Source of the DNA: Verrucomicrobiales bacterium
Lineage (GTDB): Bacteria; Verrucomicrobiota; Verrucomicrobiia; Verrucomicrobiales; V1-33
DNA length: 64,000 bases
Direction: 5' to 3'
Assembly: GCA_965229245.1 (NCBI GenBank)
Contig: CBDDIW010000003.1
Coordinates: 849,834 to 913,833, forward strand
Made by a program: the position numbers and the translations under genes. Under the pieces are notes generated by a model. The model was not told the DNA's origin. It was given only the letters and a program-made list of their open reading frames with translations, and made no database searches. Shown piece after piece: positions 45,179-55,252 of this stretch. Numbering within the stretch: the stretch's first letter is position 1; each line of letters begins with the position of its first letter.

Positions 45179-47089
45179 ATGAAAACTGTCCGGATGCTGC
45201 TGCTGCCCGCGAGCCTGATGGCCTCCGGCGTGGTGACGGGCCGGTTCCTGCCTTCCATTGACAGCGAGGACCCGCGGGGGAAAAACCCCGGACCGCCACC
45301 GGTGGCCCTTGCGCATTCCATGGGTGTCGTGGCGGACACCCCTTTAAAAAGACCCGGAAATCAGGAGACCGGGAAGATGTGGGATCTTCTCCAGAGAGTC
45401 GATAAGGCGACTCTGGAGGAACTCCCTAATTTGTGGGAGGAACTGGAAACCCGGGCAAAGGCGGACACCTCGCCCCGCGACGCGCCTTCCCCATGGATGG
45501 TGATGCTCGCCGAACGCTGGACAGAGCTGGACCCGGGCGCGGCGGCGGACTTCTTCGCGGGAAAACCGGAACGGGCATGGATGCTGCGGACCGTATTCGG
45601 GGCATGGTCAAGGACAGATCCCTCCGCGGCCCTGAACGCACTGTCCGCACTGACGGAATCCCGCCATCGCCAACTGGCAGCGGTAGGCATTTTTGCCGCA
45701 GCGGCAGGAAATCCTGCGGAATTGATCTCATGGGGCCGGAAGCTGACCTTCCTGGAGGGCACGAAACTGTCAGAGACCGCCTTCGACGCCGTGATCCCGC
45801 CGGAGGCGCTCCACGGGGCTTACGCTTTCGATTCCGCGGCGTGTCTGGAACTGGCGGGTCATCTGCCACCGTGGTTCCGCCAGCGGCTGGAGGCCCTGAA
45901 GATACTCGACGCGGCATCCGGGGATCTTCCGGCCGCACTCGCGGCCATCGATGGAATGAAGCTGGACAATGACGGTGCCGGTCGCCTGTGTAGAAATCTG
46001 CTGCCCCTCGCCGGGACCCATCCGGGGAGACTTCTGGATATCCTCGGGCATTTGGCCGGCACCCGCGGGCCGGGCTGGTTCAGGTGGGATGACGATAACG
46101 CCATTCCAGCCATGACTCTGCTGGCAAAAGCTGCTCCGGATCGTGTGGAGTCCCTGTTGAACGACGCTTTCTCCGACTCTCCCGGGAGAGAGTATCACCG
46201 GTTCCACCTGGCAGCGGGGCTCATGGAGAGCGATCCACGACTGGCGCTGCGGCTGGCTCCTCCCGGTACCTTCTGGAACGAAGAACTGTGGGGGCCGGCT
46301 CCCGTGGCACGTATTGTCTCCTCCCCGGCCCGCACTCTGGAGCTGGTGCGTGAGGCCCCGCCCTCCCCGCTCCGGGACTCCATGATGCAGGCGGCTCTGA
46401 AGGAAATGATGGGAAATACCCCGGAGGAGGCGAAAGCCTGGCTGGACTCGCTGCCAGCCGGGGAATTACAAAATATTGCCCGGACTACAATGGAATACAC
46501 CGGCTCCCCGCGGGCGGATCTCCTGCAGGCGGCGGCAAGCATCGAAAATCTGGGCACCGACCGCTGGAATAACGCGCGTATCCAGGATGTAGCCAGGATC
46601 ATGCTGGAGAAAGACCAGGCCGGAACGGTGGCCGAAGTTCTGTCATGGCCCCGGGGGGAGGCCCGGGACGCGGCCCTGGAGGCCACCGCGAAGGCGTGGG
46701 CCGCCTGGTCCACGCCGGAGGCCCTGACATGGGCGGCCTCCGTGCCGGAGGACTCCCGGTCGCGGGTCATCTCCGGCATCCTGCAAACCTGGGCGGCGAC
46801 TGAACCGGCGGCGGCCTCGGAATATCTTTCGGCCCTGCCGGAGGGAGCCGCGCGGGATGCCCCGGCGGCAGGGTTTGCCCGCGGACTGGCCGGGATCGAT
46901 CCCGCCGGGGCGCTGCAATGGGTAGCCACGATCCAGGATTCCCCTCTGCGTGCGACGACCCTGGCGGAAATCGCGGAGAACTGGCTCCGGACAGACCCGG
47001 AGGCCGCGCGGCGGGCGATTCCCCTGGTGCCCGGCCTGACCGTGGAGGAGAAGGGTAAACTGGCAGCTTTCACCACCCCCGGCCAATGA
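45179..47089 (+). CDS. secreted helical-repeat protein (repeated W...DP.AA..W motif)
   Basis: Real start MKTVRMLLLPASLMASG at 45179. The upstream 712 codons of the 43043 ORF are antisense to the DUF1592 gene. The motif recurs (WTELDPGAAADFF, WSRTDPSAALNAL, WLRTDPEAARRAI). Confidence 0.6.
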   Translation: MKTVRMLLLPASLMASGVVTGRFLPSIDSEDPRGKNPGPPPVALAHSMGVVADTPLKRPGNQETGKMWDLLQRVDKATLEELPNLWEELETRAKADTSPRDAPSPWMVMLAERWTELDPGAAADFFAGKPERAWMLRTVFGAWSRTDPSAALNALSALTESRHRQLAAVGIFAAAAGNPAELISWGRKLTFLEGTKLSETAFDAVIPPEALHGAYAFDSAACLELAGHLPPWFRQRLEALKILDAASGDLPAALAAIDGMKLDNDGAGRLCRNLLPLAGTHPGRLLDILGHLAGTRGPGWFRWDDDNAIPAMTLLAKAAPDRVESLLNDAFSDSPGREYHRFHLAAGLMESDPRLALRLAPPGTFWNEELWGPAPVARIVSSPARTLELVREAPPSPLRDSMMQAALKEMMGNTPEEAKAWLDSLPAGELQNIARTTMEYTGSPRADLLQAAASIENLGTDRWNNARIQDVARIMLEKDQAGTVAEVLSWPRGEARDAALEATAKAWAAWSTPEALTWAASVPEDSRSRVISGILQTWAATEPAAASEYLSALPEGAARDAPAAGFARGLAGIDPAGALQWVATIQDSPLRATTLAEIAENWLRTDPEAARRAIPLVPGLTVEEKGKLAAFTTPGQ

Positions 47090-48108
47090 AGAGAGGACTC
47101 TATCTGTCTGTATGCGCGGGGTGCGCCGCCGCCGGGGTTTCTTTCGGGTATTTCACGCGGGAGCTTCGAGCCCCGGCCCCACCGGGGCGGTCTGTCATTG
47201 CCACCACCCGTGGCGCGGGGGAGGGAGCGGATAAAAAGCCCGGGTGGCATTCCCTGTCCCGGCGGCAGCGGGCCGCTTTTTTTCTGACCGCCGCGGCGGA
47301 GCGGAACCAGGGTCGGCTGCGGGCAATGATCGAGTCCGCGGTCCATGATGAAGGAGGTCTGGAGTTTCTGGCGGATCTCTGGCTGCACACGGATCCAGCA
47401 GCCTTCGGGAACACCCTGGTCGGCCTGGTCAACGCCCTGGGTCCTGATAAGGAGCCATATAAGATGGCCCTGACCGGATTCATGAGCAAATGGGCGGATC
47501 TCGACCGGGACAAGGCTTGGAGGTTCGCGGAAACCATACCGGGAGAAATTCGCTCCGCGGTCATTTCTCAACTGGCGATGGACTGCGTGGTAAAAGATCC
47601 GGGAAAGGGATTGGAGTTCATTCTGGCCCATCCAGGAGTGGCTCCACCATTCTCCCCTGAAAGTATCACGGGCCGGAAGGATCTTTTGCCGCTCCTCCAG
47701 CAACTGCCCGATTCCATGGGGAAGATTCACATGATGAGGAACGCGCTGAAAGGAGCTCCCTTGAGTGAAGTCGTCGCCACCGCCAATAATCCCGCGGGGA
47801 ATTCCAGTTCCAACCTGAGATGGATTTTGTACAGGGAGGCGGCCTGGAGTTCCCTGGAGGAAGTGATGGCCTACCATGATCAGGCCACGGGCCGGGAGCG
47901 GTTTGACAGTGCGCGGGCGGTGGCAACTGAACTGCTGAACAGGGACCCCGCCGCGGCGATCGAGTGGGCGCGGGCGAATCTCTCCGGTCCTTCGCTGCTC
48001 AATATCGTCCGGGGAGCCGCCGGCCGCTTGAAAAATACTGACCCCGTCGCGGCCGCCGCCGCGCTGGACACCCTGCCGGAAAACTATGCGAAGCGGGCCG
48101 GACGGTAG
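47086..48108 (+). CDS. helical-repeat protein, paralogue of the upstream gene
   Basis: ATGA overlap with the upstream stop. It has the same motif type (LWLHTDPAAFGN, LLNRDPAAAIEWA, LKNTDPVAAAAAL). Confidence 0.6.
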   Translation: MKRGLYLSVCAGCAAAGVSFGYFTRELRAPAPPGRSVIATTRGAGEGADKKPGWHSLSRRQRAAFFLTAAAERNQGRLRAMIESAVHDEGGLEFLADLWLHTDPAAFGNTLVGLVNALGPDKEPYKMALTGFMSKWADLDRDKAWRFAETIPGEIRSAVISQLAMDCVVKDPGKGLEFILAHPGVAPPFSPESITGRKDLLPLLQQLPDSMGKIHMMRNALKGAPLSEVVATANNPAGNSSSNLRWILYREAAWSSLEEVMAYHDQATGRERFDSARAVATELLNRDPAAAIEWARANLSGPSLLNIVRGAAGRLKNTDPVAAAAALDTLPENYAKRAGR

Positions 48109-48252
48109 TGCTACCAGGGGCGGTCCCGGGCACCGCCGGGGCGGCATGGAATCTCACGCCGGACCGCTTCGAACTGCCACCCTGATGACCTTGCGCGGGG
48201 AAATCCGCGTGATATGCTCCCGCTTCTTTCCGCCAACCGTTCCTTCCCCTGT

Positions 48253-49332
48253 ATGGCACACTCTTCCGGATACCGATGGGAAACGTCCGCCGCGGGCAGG
48301 ACGTTCCAACCCGCCACCACCACGGCGTGGGACCTGCGCTGGTGGATTCTGGCGGCGGCGGGCACATCCATCGTGGTTCACGTGGGGCTGCTCATCTGGA
48401 TGAAGAACATCCGTGCCGAGCCCGGGGCGCGCCCGGAAACGGAGAAGGTCACGGCGAACGTGTTTGAAACGGAGCGTGTGTCCATCCCGGAGGACATGCT
48501 GCTGAATCCGGATATCCCGCCTCCGGACAATCAACCGCCGGATCTTAACCAGGAGGTGAACCGGGAGGCGGTGCTGAAGGATCTGCCTGACATGTCCCAG
48601 ATCGCCGAGGAAATGCGGGATCGCGCCTTCGTGGCCAGCCCGGCGGCGAAGTCCATGGCGGACAATCTGGAATTCAGCAAACCCGCGCCGGGGGCCCCGG
48701 GAAATGATCTCGTGGACGATATCACCCGGGCCGGGAGCTCGCTCCTGGATGCCTCCGCGGCCACGCCTTCAAAGTCCGCTTTTCTGAAGCCGCAATTCAC
48801 AAAGCCTGCGGACGATCAGGTGGTGGCGGATGCGGGAGCACTGGAAGGCGGCACGCCGGACCTGAAAAACGAGGTGCTGAAATCCATGCAAAAAGGCAGT
48901 GGCGGGAACAACGGGCTGGATGGCTTCCGGAACCTGGATGATCTCATCAATTACAAGGGGCCCATCCACGGGGACTTCAAGGCGATGCTGCGCACGGACC
49001 TGTTGTTCGACTTCGGCTCCGCCCAGCTTCGTTCGGGAGCGCGGGTCAGTCTCATGAACCTGGGCGCGCTGATCCTGACAAACACAGAGGCGCAATTCCG
49101 CCTCGTGGGGCACACGGATACCATCGGCGACGAGGCTTCCAACCAAAAGCTCAGCGAGGCCCGCGCCCAGGCGGTGAAGGACTGGCTGGCGAACAGCCTC
49201 GGGATCGATGGCAGCCGCATCGTGGTGGAGGGCAAGGGGGAGCGGGAGCCGCTGCCGGGAGTGGATCCTAACGGGAGCGCGGATGCCCAGCAACTGAACC
49301 GCCGGGTGGAAATTCACAAAACCGGCGGTTAG
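48253..49332 (+). CDS. OmpA/MotB-like peptidoglycan-binding protein
   Basis: One N-terminal TM (WWILAAAGTSIVVHVGLLIWM). C-terminal OmpA_C domain (FDFGSAQLRSGA...LVGHTDTIGDEASNQKLSEARAQAV...NRRVEI). Confidence 0.85.
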   Translation: MAHSSGYRWETSAAGRTFQPATTTAWDLRWWILAAAGTSIVVHVGLLIWMKNIRAEPGARPETEKVTANVFETERVSIPEDMLLNPDIPPPDNQPPDLNQEVNREAVLKDLPDMSQIAEEMRDRAFVASPAAKSMADNLEFSKPAPGAPGNDLVDDITRAGSSLLDASAATPSKSAFLKPQFTKPADDQVVADAGALEGGTPDLKNEVLKSMQKGSGGNNGLDGFRNLDDLINYKGPIHGDFKAMLRTDLLFDFGSAQLRSGARVSLMNLGALILTNTEAQFRLVGHTDTIGDEASNQKLSEARAQAVKDWLANSLGIDGSRIVVEGKGEREPLPGVDPNGSADAQQLNRRVEIHKTGG

Positions 49333-49358
49333 TTCCAGTCCCCTTTCCCCCCAACTCC

Positions 49359-50405
49359 ATGTTGCGAACCTCCCCCCCGGTCCGCGCCGTCTCATTTGCC
49401 TCCATGACGCGGCTCGCCGCCATGGTCCTGACGGCCCTCCTGCTGTGCCAGTGCGCCGCGCCCCGTATCATGAACAAAACGCCCGTGATGAATCCATCGC
49501 TGACCTCGTGGACCGCCAGCGACGGAAAGGAACTGCCCTTCAAGCACTGGGACGGCGCGCCGAAGAAGCCGAAGGGCGTCGTCATTTGCATCCACGGCCT
49601 CAGCGGCGCGGCCAGCGATTTCTGGCCGGTGGGGGACAGCTTCCCGGCCAAAGGTTATGAGGTGTATGGCCTGCAACTCCGCGGGCAGGGGAATGATCCT
49701 GACAAAAAGAAACGCGGGGACATCTTCTCCTCCGGCCAGTGGCGGCAGGACCTGCTGGACTTCACCGCGCTGGTGCACCAGAGGCATCCGGGCACACCCG
49801 TGTTCTGGTACGGGGAGAGCCTGGGGGCGCTCATCACCATCGATACCGCCGGCTCCCTGCCGCACGGGCAGACCACGGTTTCCGGGCTCATCCTGTCCTC
49901 CCCGGTGGTGGCCCTGCGGGATAATCTAAAGCTGCCGTTTTTCAAAAAAGTGGCCGTGCGCTCCCTGCTGCGCTTCTGGCCCGGTAAGAAGATCTCCCTG
50001 GAGTCCCTGGGCAACAGTGAGGTGAAGGTGACCAGTGGCACCACGCACCGGGAGCAGATGCAGCACACCTCGCACTACGTGAAGGCCTTCACCCTCCGGC
50101 TCTTCGGGCAGATCGAGAAGCTCATGTTCGGCGCGGAGGCGGACGCCCGCCGCATCCATGTGCCAGTGCTCATCTTCTACACGCCTAACGATGCTCTCAC
50201 GCCTCACCAGGCCGTGGAGCATTTCTTTGACGAACTCTCCTCCACGGACAAAACCCGGGTGTTTTTCCCGAAGAGCTTCCACCTCATCCTCCACGACCAG
50301 GACCGCGCCGATGCCCTCCATCGTCTGGAAGTCTGGCTCCAGCATAATCTGACGGGCAAGCCTCTTCCCTCAGGTCACCACAGCACGCCGAAGGCGCGGC
50401 GTTGA
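49359..50405 (+). CDS. alpha/beta hydrolase (lysophospholipase-like)
   Basis: Signal-like N-terminus, HG motif VVICIHGLSG, and nucleophile elbow GESLG. Confidence 0.85.
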   Translation: MLRTSPPVRAVSFASMTRLAAMVLTALLLCQCAAPRIMNKTPVMNPSLTSWTASDGKELPFKHWDGAPKKPKGVVICIHGLSGAASDFWPVGDSFPAKGYEVYGLQLRGQGNDPDKKKRGDIFSSGQWRQDLLDFTALVHQRHPGTPVFWYGESLGALITIDTAGSLPHGQTTVSGLILSSPVVALRDNLKLPFFKKVAVRSLLRFWPGKKISLESLGNSEVKVTSGTTHREQMQHTSHYVKAFTLRLFGQIEKLMFGAEADARRIHVPVLIFYTPNDALTPHQAVEHFFDELSSTDKTRVFFPKSFHLILHDQDRADALHRLEVWLQHNLTGKPLPSGHHSTPKARR

Positions 50406-50536
50406 GGGAAAAGAGTCTCTCCCATGAAACTTGTGGAGACCTCTTCGCGCGCTCTCCACGCAAAAAGGGCGATAAACCTGAGGACAGGCGTATCACCCTT
50501 TTTGAAGCTTATCCCCGCATGGGGACACGCCATTCC

Positions 50537-50662
50537 TCAGCCCCCTTTGATAAGATAAGCAATGAGAAGAACCGGGAGCGGAATACCGAGGAGCCAGAGA
50601 AGAATCCATCCGACTTTAGCTTCGGTCCGGGCGTGGAGATTTTGGAGGGCAGGTGCTTTCAC
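50537..50662 (-). CDS. candidate 41-aa small membrane protein
   Basis: Hand translation from a GTG start gives (M)KAPALQNLHARTEAKVGWILLWLLGIPLPVLLIAYLIKGG. It is below the ORF-track cutoff and has no obvious RBS. Confidence 0.2.
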   Translation of the reverse strand: MKAPALQNLHARTEAKVGWILLWLLGIPLPVLLIAYLIKGG

Positions 50663-51081
50663 GGGTTTGTGAGGGTTGGGGTTATTGTCTGTTGAAGAAC
50701 CCGTTTTCCGGGGCCTCTGAAATCATCTTTGCCGCCCCCGTGCCAGAGTCCACGCGGCAGGCTTTCCCCTTCAAGCAAGGTTTTGGGAGCGCCCGCGCAT
50801 CTGTTTTGCAATGTCGCGCGGCACTTTTGACAGCGCAACATGCAAGGCTGGCTGTCCCGCGTGAAGTCCCGAGGGCTGGCAATTCCCCGGAGATTTTGAC
50901 GGGGTTTTAAAGGGCGAACCAGCCGCCGTCCCGGGATTATGCTAACAACTATTTCCGGAAGTGTCGTGACCAGTCCGGACGTGGCATCAAAGACGCAATG
51001 GTCACGAAATCCCGCGTCCGTCCCCTGATGCCGCGAAGTCCCCTCACAATAAAAAGAAAGCAACTCCCCCCGCACTCCTCA

Positions 51082-51957
51082 ATGAATACGACTACTACTA
51101 TCAGCCCGTCCCCCTCCGTCTCCTGGCGGGCGATCCTTGCCGGAGCCGTCGTGGCTCTTAGCGTCCACCTGCTACTCACTACTTTGGGCGCTTCCATTAC
51201 GTCCTTCGCGGCCAAGCCGGCCAACAGTGACACCCCGGTTCAGACCTTCACCATCGGCCTTGCCGTAAGCTGGACGCTTAGCGCCCTGATCTCTCTCTGG
51301 CTGGGCGGCTGTGTCTCCGCGCGTCTGGCCTGTCCCGGTGACCGCGAAGGCGGCATGATGCACGGCTTCATCATGTGGAGTCTTGCCACCGTCATCGGTT
51401 TTATTCTCGTGGCTGGCGGCGTGGGCAAAGCCTTGGGCACCGCCGGACGAGTAGTGGGCGGCGCGGTGAGCACCGCTGCCACGGCAGCCGCGAGCGCCGT
51501 TCCGGACCTGGCGAAAACCACGGGTGACCTCGTGAACCAATACTCCGGGGAACTCAATCCCAACGGCCAGCCGCTGACTCCGGCTCAAAAACGTGAAGTG
51601 GCCACGAACCTGAAAACCCTTCTTATGAATGGCGATGCCGGTCGCACCCCGGAGAACCGTCAGGCGCTGGTGAACGTGGTGTCCCGCGTGGGCGGCATCA
51701 CTCCGGAGGAAGCCGGTAAGACCGTGGATGAATGGGCCGCCTCTTTTGACCGTGCCAAGGCTGAATTCAACGCCGGTGTGGACGCCGCCGCGAAGAAGGT
51801 GACGGAAGCCACCAATCATGCCGCCTCCGTGGCCGGGGTCACGGGTATCTGGACATTCATCGCTTTCTGGCTCGGAGCCGTGGCCGCCGTCTGGGGCGGA
51901 CGTTCCGGAGCGGATGGCTTGAATAAATTCCCTCCCGCCCGCCCAGTGACGGCCTGA
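51082..51957 (+). CDS. hypothetical multi-TM membrane protein
   Basis: Several hydrophobic segments (AILAGAVVALSVHLLL, LAVSWTLSALISLWLGG, GIWTFIAFWLGAVAAVWGG). Followed by a strong terminator. Confidence 0.55.
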   Translation: MNTTTTISPSPSVSWRAILAGAVVALSVHLLLTTLGASITSFAAKPANSDTPVQTFTIGLAVSWTLSALISLWLGGCVSARLACPGDREGGMMHGFIMWSLATVIGFILVAGGVGKALGTAGRVVGGAVSTAATAAASAVPDLAKTTGDLVNQYSGELNPNGQPLTPAQKREVATNLKTLLMNGDAGRTPENRQALVNVVSRVGGITPEEAGKTVDEWAASFDRAKAEFNAGVDAAAKKVTEATNHAASVAGVTGIWTFIAFWLGAVAAVWGGRSGADGLNKFPPARPVTA

Positions 51958-51981
51958 GGTAACACCTCTATAGTGGACACG

Positions 51982-52019
51982 GAGCAGCAGGGACCAAGTG
52001 TCCCTGCTGCTCTTTTTTT
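51982..52019 (+). terminator. rho-independent terminator
   Basis: Perfect 13-bp stem gagcagcagggac / gtccctgctgctc, a 5-nt loop, and a T7 run. Confidence 0.75.
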
Positions 52020-52212
52020 GCTCTCGACCGGTAGTTTTCCGTGGAAGGAGGCGACCTCTTAACAATCCGTTCCGGGCCCCTATGTCTCTTTTGGCCGCGG
52101 CTCTGGAGCGCGCCTTCAGGTTGCCTCTGATCATAATCAGACATGAGTCCCAGGAAAAAAATTCCTGACTTGCGGTGAAAAATAGAAAGAGCGTTTGAGT
52201 ACAGGTGAGGCC

Positions 52213-53601
52213 ATGAATTTCCTCCCCGCCAAGAATCTCCGTCGTCCCCTCTTTTTTGCTCTTTTGAGTGGTATTTTCTGCCCTGTTTCCGGCCTTGAAG
52301 CGGCCCTCGTGCAATACGGCTTCGATTTCACCAGCGGCAGTGTAGAGTCGAACGGGGGCACGGTGAGTAATGATGGGACGGGCCCCTTCAATGCGGTCAT
52401 CATGCGCGGAGACGGGGGGACTTACACGGATGACATCCCGCCTGCCGCAAACCGCCAGTTTACCACTGGGATCGGCTCGCTCCGTCCGGATAGCGGGGCT
52501 GTCCGGACCGGCTCCGGAGCCTTCGCCGGAGAGGCCGTGGCGACAAATTCCGAAGTGGCCGCCGCCGGGGGCCTCACCTTGGAGGCCTGGGTCAAAGGAG
52601 GGAACAATGGTGTGATTCTTACCGTGGCGGGCGCGTATGGTATCATGGGGACCGCCGATGGCTATCGCATGGTGAACGGGGCGAATATCATCTCCTTTGT
52701 CGCCTCTGCTCCCGCGGATCGCTCGGTCTGGAATCATGTCGCCGCCGTATACTCAAACCCCCTTCAGGATGGCAATAACCTGACGGTGACCATGCGTCTT
52801 TACATCAACGGGACGTTTTCCGCCGAATTGCTTACCACGCTGCCCTTCGATCTCGCCCGGGGAATCGGGGTGGGCGACCACCCGCTCTTTCCTAACGGAG
52901 GCGATTTTTTCGACGGCCTCATTTATGAACCCCGTGTTTCCCTCGGCGCGCTTTCCCCGGAGAGTTTTACTTACACGGGGGTGGCCCAGGGGGATGCCGA
53001 TCAGGACGGGATTCCCGACGCCTACGAAACCCTCAATGGGCTGGATCCCGCGGTGGACGACAGCCTGCTGGATCTGGACAAGGACGGAGTGAGCAACATA
53101 GAGGAATACCGCCGGGGTCTCCAGGCCAACAATCCGGACACGGACGGCGATGGCCTGCAGGACGGCGTGGAAACGAACACGGGTATATTTGTGAGCGCCG
53201 CGGATACCGGAACCAGTCCACTGAAAGCGGACACGGATGGCGATGGTCTCCTGGACGGTGTGGAAACGAATACGGGCATCTTCGCGGGGGCCGCCAATAC
53301 CGGATCAAATCCCCTGGTGGCGGACACGGATGGTGATGGCTTCAGCGACAGCGCGGAAGTGGCCGCGGGTTTCGATCCCTCCCTGGCCACCAGCACGCCG
53401 GAGAGCGCCGCCACCATCCGCACGGCCGTGGAGTTCACCTTCCATGCGGCGGCCGGCATCAACTACCGCATCGAGGGCTCCACGAATCTTCAATCGTGGA
53501 CCATCCTGGAGCCGTTCGTCACCGGCACCGGTGGCCCGGTTTCCCGTCTCTACTCCACCGCCACCCAGCCCGTGCGCTACTTTCGCGCCGTGCGGAACTG
53601 A
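52213..53601 (+). CDS. secreted LamG/concanavalin-like protein with calcium-binding DxDxDG repeats
   Basis: Signal peptide. The N-terminal about 250 aa are paralogous to the next gene (ALVQYGFDFTSGSVESNGGTVSNDGTG, LTLEAWVKGGNNG, FDGLIYEPRVSLGAL). Then five DxDxDG motifs and a C-terminal domain ending VRYFRAVRN. Confidence 0.75.
   Translation: MNFLPAKNLRRPLFFALLSGIFCPVSGLEAALVQYGFDFTSGSVESNGGTVSNDGTGPFNAVIMRGDGGTYTDDIPPAANRQFTTGIGSLRPDSGAVRTGSGAFAGEAVATNSEVAAAGGLTLEAWVKGGNNGVILTVAGAYGIMGTADGYRMVNGANIISFVASAPADRSVWNHVAAVYSNPLQDGNNLTVTMRLYINGTFSAELLTTLPFDLARGIGVGDHPLFPNGGDFFDGLIYEPRVSLGALSPESFTYTGVAQGDADQDGIPDAYETLNGLDPAVDDSLLDLDKDGVSNIEEYRRGLQANNPDTDGDGLQDGVETNTGIFVSAADTGTSPLKADTDGDGLLDGVETNTGIFAGAANTGSNPLVADTDGDGFSDSAEVAAGFDPSLATSTPESAATIRTAVEFTFHAAAGINYRIEGSTNLQSWTILEPFVTGTGGPVSRLYSTATQPVRYFRAVRN
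53137..53370 (+). repeat. 93-bp in-frame tandem repeats encoding DTDGDG...ETNTGIF units
   Basis: Repeat units start at 53137, 53230 and 53323 (the third is partial), giving an exact 93-nt period. Confidence 0.75.
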
Positions 53602-53651
53602 GCGGAGGGCGGCGTCATCTTTTCGATACCTCAAAAACACACATTTCCATC

Positions 53652-54488
53652 ATGACATCCTTGAAGTTCAATCTCTCCACGCGCCTGCGGGCCACCACGG
53701 CCATCCTGGCTCTTATCTCCGCCGGCCAGGCACCGGCAGCTTTGGTGCAATACGGATTCGACTTCACCAGTGGTTCCGTGCAAACCAACGGAGGCACTGT
53801 GTCGAATGATGGCACGGGCTCCTTCAACGCGGGGATCCTCCGTGGTGATGGAGGCACTTATTCCAGTGACATTCCCGCCGCCGGGCTGCGCCAGTTCACC
53901 ACCGGCACTGGTTCCCTGTCCACGGGCAGCGGTGCCATCCGCACCGGCACCGGGGCCTTTTCCGGCGAGGGCGTGGTCTCGAATGCCGCGATCACGGCGG
54001 CGGGCGGCCTGACTCTGGAGATTTGGGTGAAGGGTGGCAACAATGGCACCGCGTTCACCGTGGCCGGAGCGTTCGGGATTTCCGGTTCCGCCACCGGCTA
54101 CACCATGTTCAACGGAGCCAACGTCGCGAGCGAAATCGTGACCGCACCGGCGGACCGCACCGTCTGGACACACGTCGCCGCCGTGTATGCCAACCCGTCC
54201 CAGAACGGGGTGAACCTCAATACGGATATGCAGCTCTATATCAATGGCGTGCTCGCGGGAACGAAGGCCACCGTCATTCCCTTCGATCTTACCCGCGGGC
54301 TGGGTGTCGGGGATCACCCCCTGTTCCCGGGAGGCGGGGATGCATTCAACGGTCTCCTTTACGAACCCCGGGTCAGCCTGGGGGCATTGCAGCCCCCGGC
54401 CTTTACCTTCGCGGCCGTGCCTGAACCCGCGGGCCTGGCGCTTTTGGGAGCCGCGGGCATGCTCTTCGCGCGCCGTCGCCGGAACTGA
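53652..54488 (+). CDS. LamG-like protein with PEP-CTERM anchor
   Basis: A paralogue of the upstream gene. It ends in VPEPAGLALLGAAGMLFARRRRN (PEP motif, TM segment, basic tail). Confidence 0.8.
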   Translation: MTSLKFNLSTRLRATTAILALISAGQAPAALVQYGFDFTSGSVQTNGGTVSNDGTGSFNAGILRGDGGTYSSDIPAAGLRQFTTGTGSLSTGSGAIRTGTGAFSGEGVVSNAAITAAGGLTLEIWVKGGNNGTAFTVAGAFGISGSATGYTMFNGANVASEIVTAPADRTVWTHVAAVYANPSQNGVNLNTDMQLYINGVLAGTKATVIPFDLTRGLGVGDHPLFPGGGDAFNGLLYEPRVSLGALQPPAFTFAAVPEPAGLALLGAAGMLFARRRRN

Positions 54489-54784
54489 CTGTCCGGAGGG
54501 GCTGAGAGGTTCCTTTGAGGGAGGGTGGCCCAGGTGCTCCCGCGCCAGGGTGTCCGGGGTCCCATACGCATCCTTGCAATCCTCCGGCGCTTCCGCGGTG
54601 GCTCCCCTTTTCCCGCCCTCCAGCGAAGAGTTCGACGGCGACAGGAATGTCGCCGCTCCTTGTGCGCGTTTAGAGGATGGAGAGGAGGCGCATGGAGGTA
54701 AGCTCTCCCTGGCGGGAGGACCGCCTGGGCCACGCTCCATCAAAGAAGCCTTCGACTCCTCCCTGCGAAACCTCTGGAGAGCCT

Positions 54785-55252
54785 TTATTTAAACAGGCAT
54801 TGGGCGAGCCTGATTTTGAATCCGTAATCGCGAAACGAAAAGGTTCCTGTTTTGTCGTCATATTCCCATCCTGCCAGATCGATATCCCACCAGGCGGGAA
54901 ACCGGGAGAGAAGGAGATACCTGCCATTGACCACCACCATGTAGCGGGGATCTCCCGGCCCGCTACCGGTGGATTGGAAGAGATCCCACACGGCTTCCGC
55001 GTTTATGGAGGCGTTCGCGGAGAAGGCCTCGAACTCCGGGCCGTTTTTGAAGAGGATCTCCACACCGTTCCGGGTGATTTTTGATTCCTTTAAATGGAGG
55101 GGCGTGGTGAAGAGCCAGGCCAGACCGGCGAGAAGGGCCACCGCGATGAGAGATAAAGCGATGGCAAGGGACTTAACGCAGCCTCCACCACCCGCCGGGG
55201 TGCCGGAGGATGCCGGTGGAGGGGGCTCCTCCGCTTTCAGGTCCGCGTTCAT
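54785..55252 (-). CDS. hypothetical membrane-anchored protein
   Basis: 155 aa with one TM (LAIALSLIAVALLAGLAWLF). No motif recognised. Confidence 0.4.
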   Translation of the reverse strand: MNADLKAEEPPPPASSGTPAGGGGCVKSLAIALSLIAVALLAGLAWLFTTPLHLKESKITRNGVEILFKNGPEFEAFSANASINAEAVWDLFQSTGSGPGDPRYMVVVNGRYLLLSRFPAWWDIDLAGWEYDDKTGTFSFRDYGFKIRLAQCLFK

